A stretch of DNA of 64,000 nucleotides. Source: Mustelus asterias. Lineage: Eukaryota. The stretch is from assembly GCF_964213995.1 (NCBI RefSeq), contig NW_027590160.1, positions 372,001-436,000 on the forward strand. The letters run 5' to 3'. A model generated the notes under the pieces. The model was not told the origin of the DNA. It worked only from the letters and a program-made list of their open reading frames with translations, and ran no database searches. The first letter of the stretch is position 1. Every line of letters starts with the position of its first letter. A program made the translations under genes and the position numbers. Positions 63,601 through 64,000 of this stretch are shown here, piece by piece.

Positions 63601-63675
63601 GCACGGTCGGTGAAGGCTTAGGGGAACGAAGGTTCTTTTCTTGTGCTGTAAGTTTCTTTGTTCTTTGTTTGTTTG
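60650..63675 (+). mobile_element. Long decayed CR1 LINE with nested minus-strand CR1 tail (62511-62830) and an internal inversion (~63047-63430)
   Basis: WGKANYNNIRQEL, ENSKAFYKYI, KSPGPDGIYPRIL; RT C-terminus switches to the minus strand and then resumes on the plus strand at the 3' UTR. Confidence 0.85.
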
Positions 63676-64000
63676 AAATACTTTCACATATCCATCGTTT
63701 AGACATCGGGACAGATTAATCCATGCTCTCAAACATCACATGCTGGCTTAACTAAAAAGAATTAGATATTTCACCCATTTGAAATAGATTATAAATTATA
63801 AAAATGGCTACGCATCTGTCTTCTCTGCATACTCTTCAGAACTACTACTCATTTGTCATCATCTTCATTAGTTTTAAGGTTAATAACAACCTTACGACGT
63901 TATCCTTTGTTCCAAAAGTAAAATAGCTCGCTCCAATTAACAACATGGAGGAAAACAGCACACAGCAAATGCCTGTATAAAACAGTCAATAATAGGGGTA

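Overview
Eukaryotic, repeat-rich DNA from a cartilaginous fish (shark-type HE1/V-SINEs, CR1/HER1 LINEs, Penelope ends). It is an antigen-receptor neighbourhood. (1) On the minus strand, 2.2-12.9 kb, is an apparently intact IgM heavy-chain cluster: leader, VH already fused in the germline to D sequence, a 12-RSS, one JH with a 23-RSS, and Cmu1-Cmu3. Cmu4 and TM exons are not in the window. (2) A heavily decayed NAR-type V with leader, RSS and a D-like element lies on the plus strand at about 24.4-25.3 kb. (3) A NARTCR-supporting-type TCR Vdelta lies on the minus strand at 45.4-47.7 kb. It is split by nested LINEs, is followed by two tandem 23/24-RSSs, and is flanked by two inverted copies of an unexplained ~111-nt Cys-containing exon-like block, one with its own leader exon. 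This suggests a possible leader-peptide-Vdelta architecture. (4) There are two GPR139/142-like GPCR genes on the minus strand. (5) Mobile and repeat content includes a near-complete hAT (Buster/Charlie-type) transposon with TIRs and an 8-bp TSD, Penelope-type ends with hammerhead-ribozyme cores, and many retroelements and simple repeats. All family assignments come from manual motif recognition. No database searches were run.
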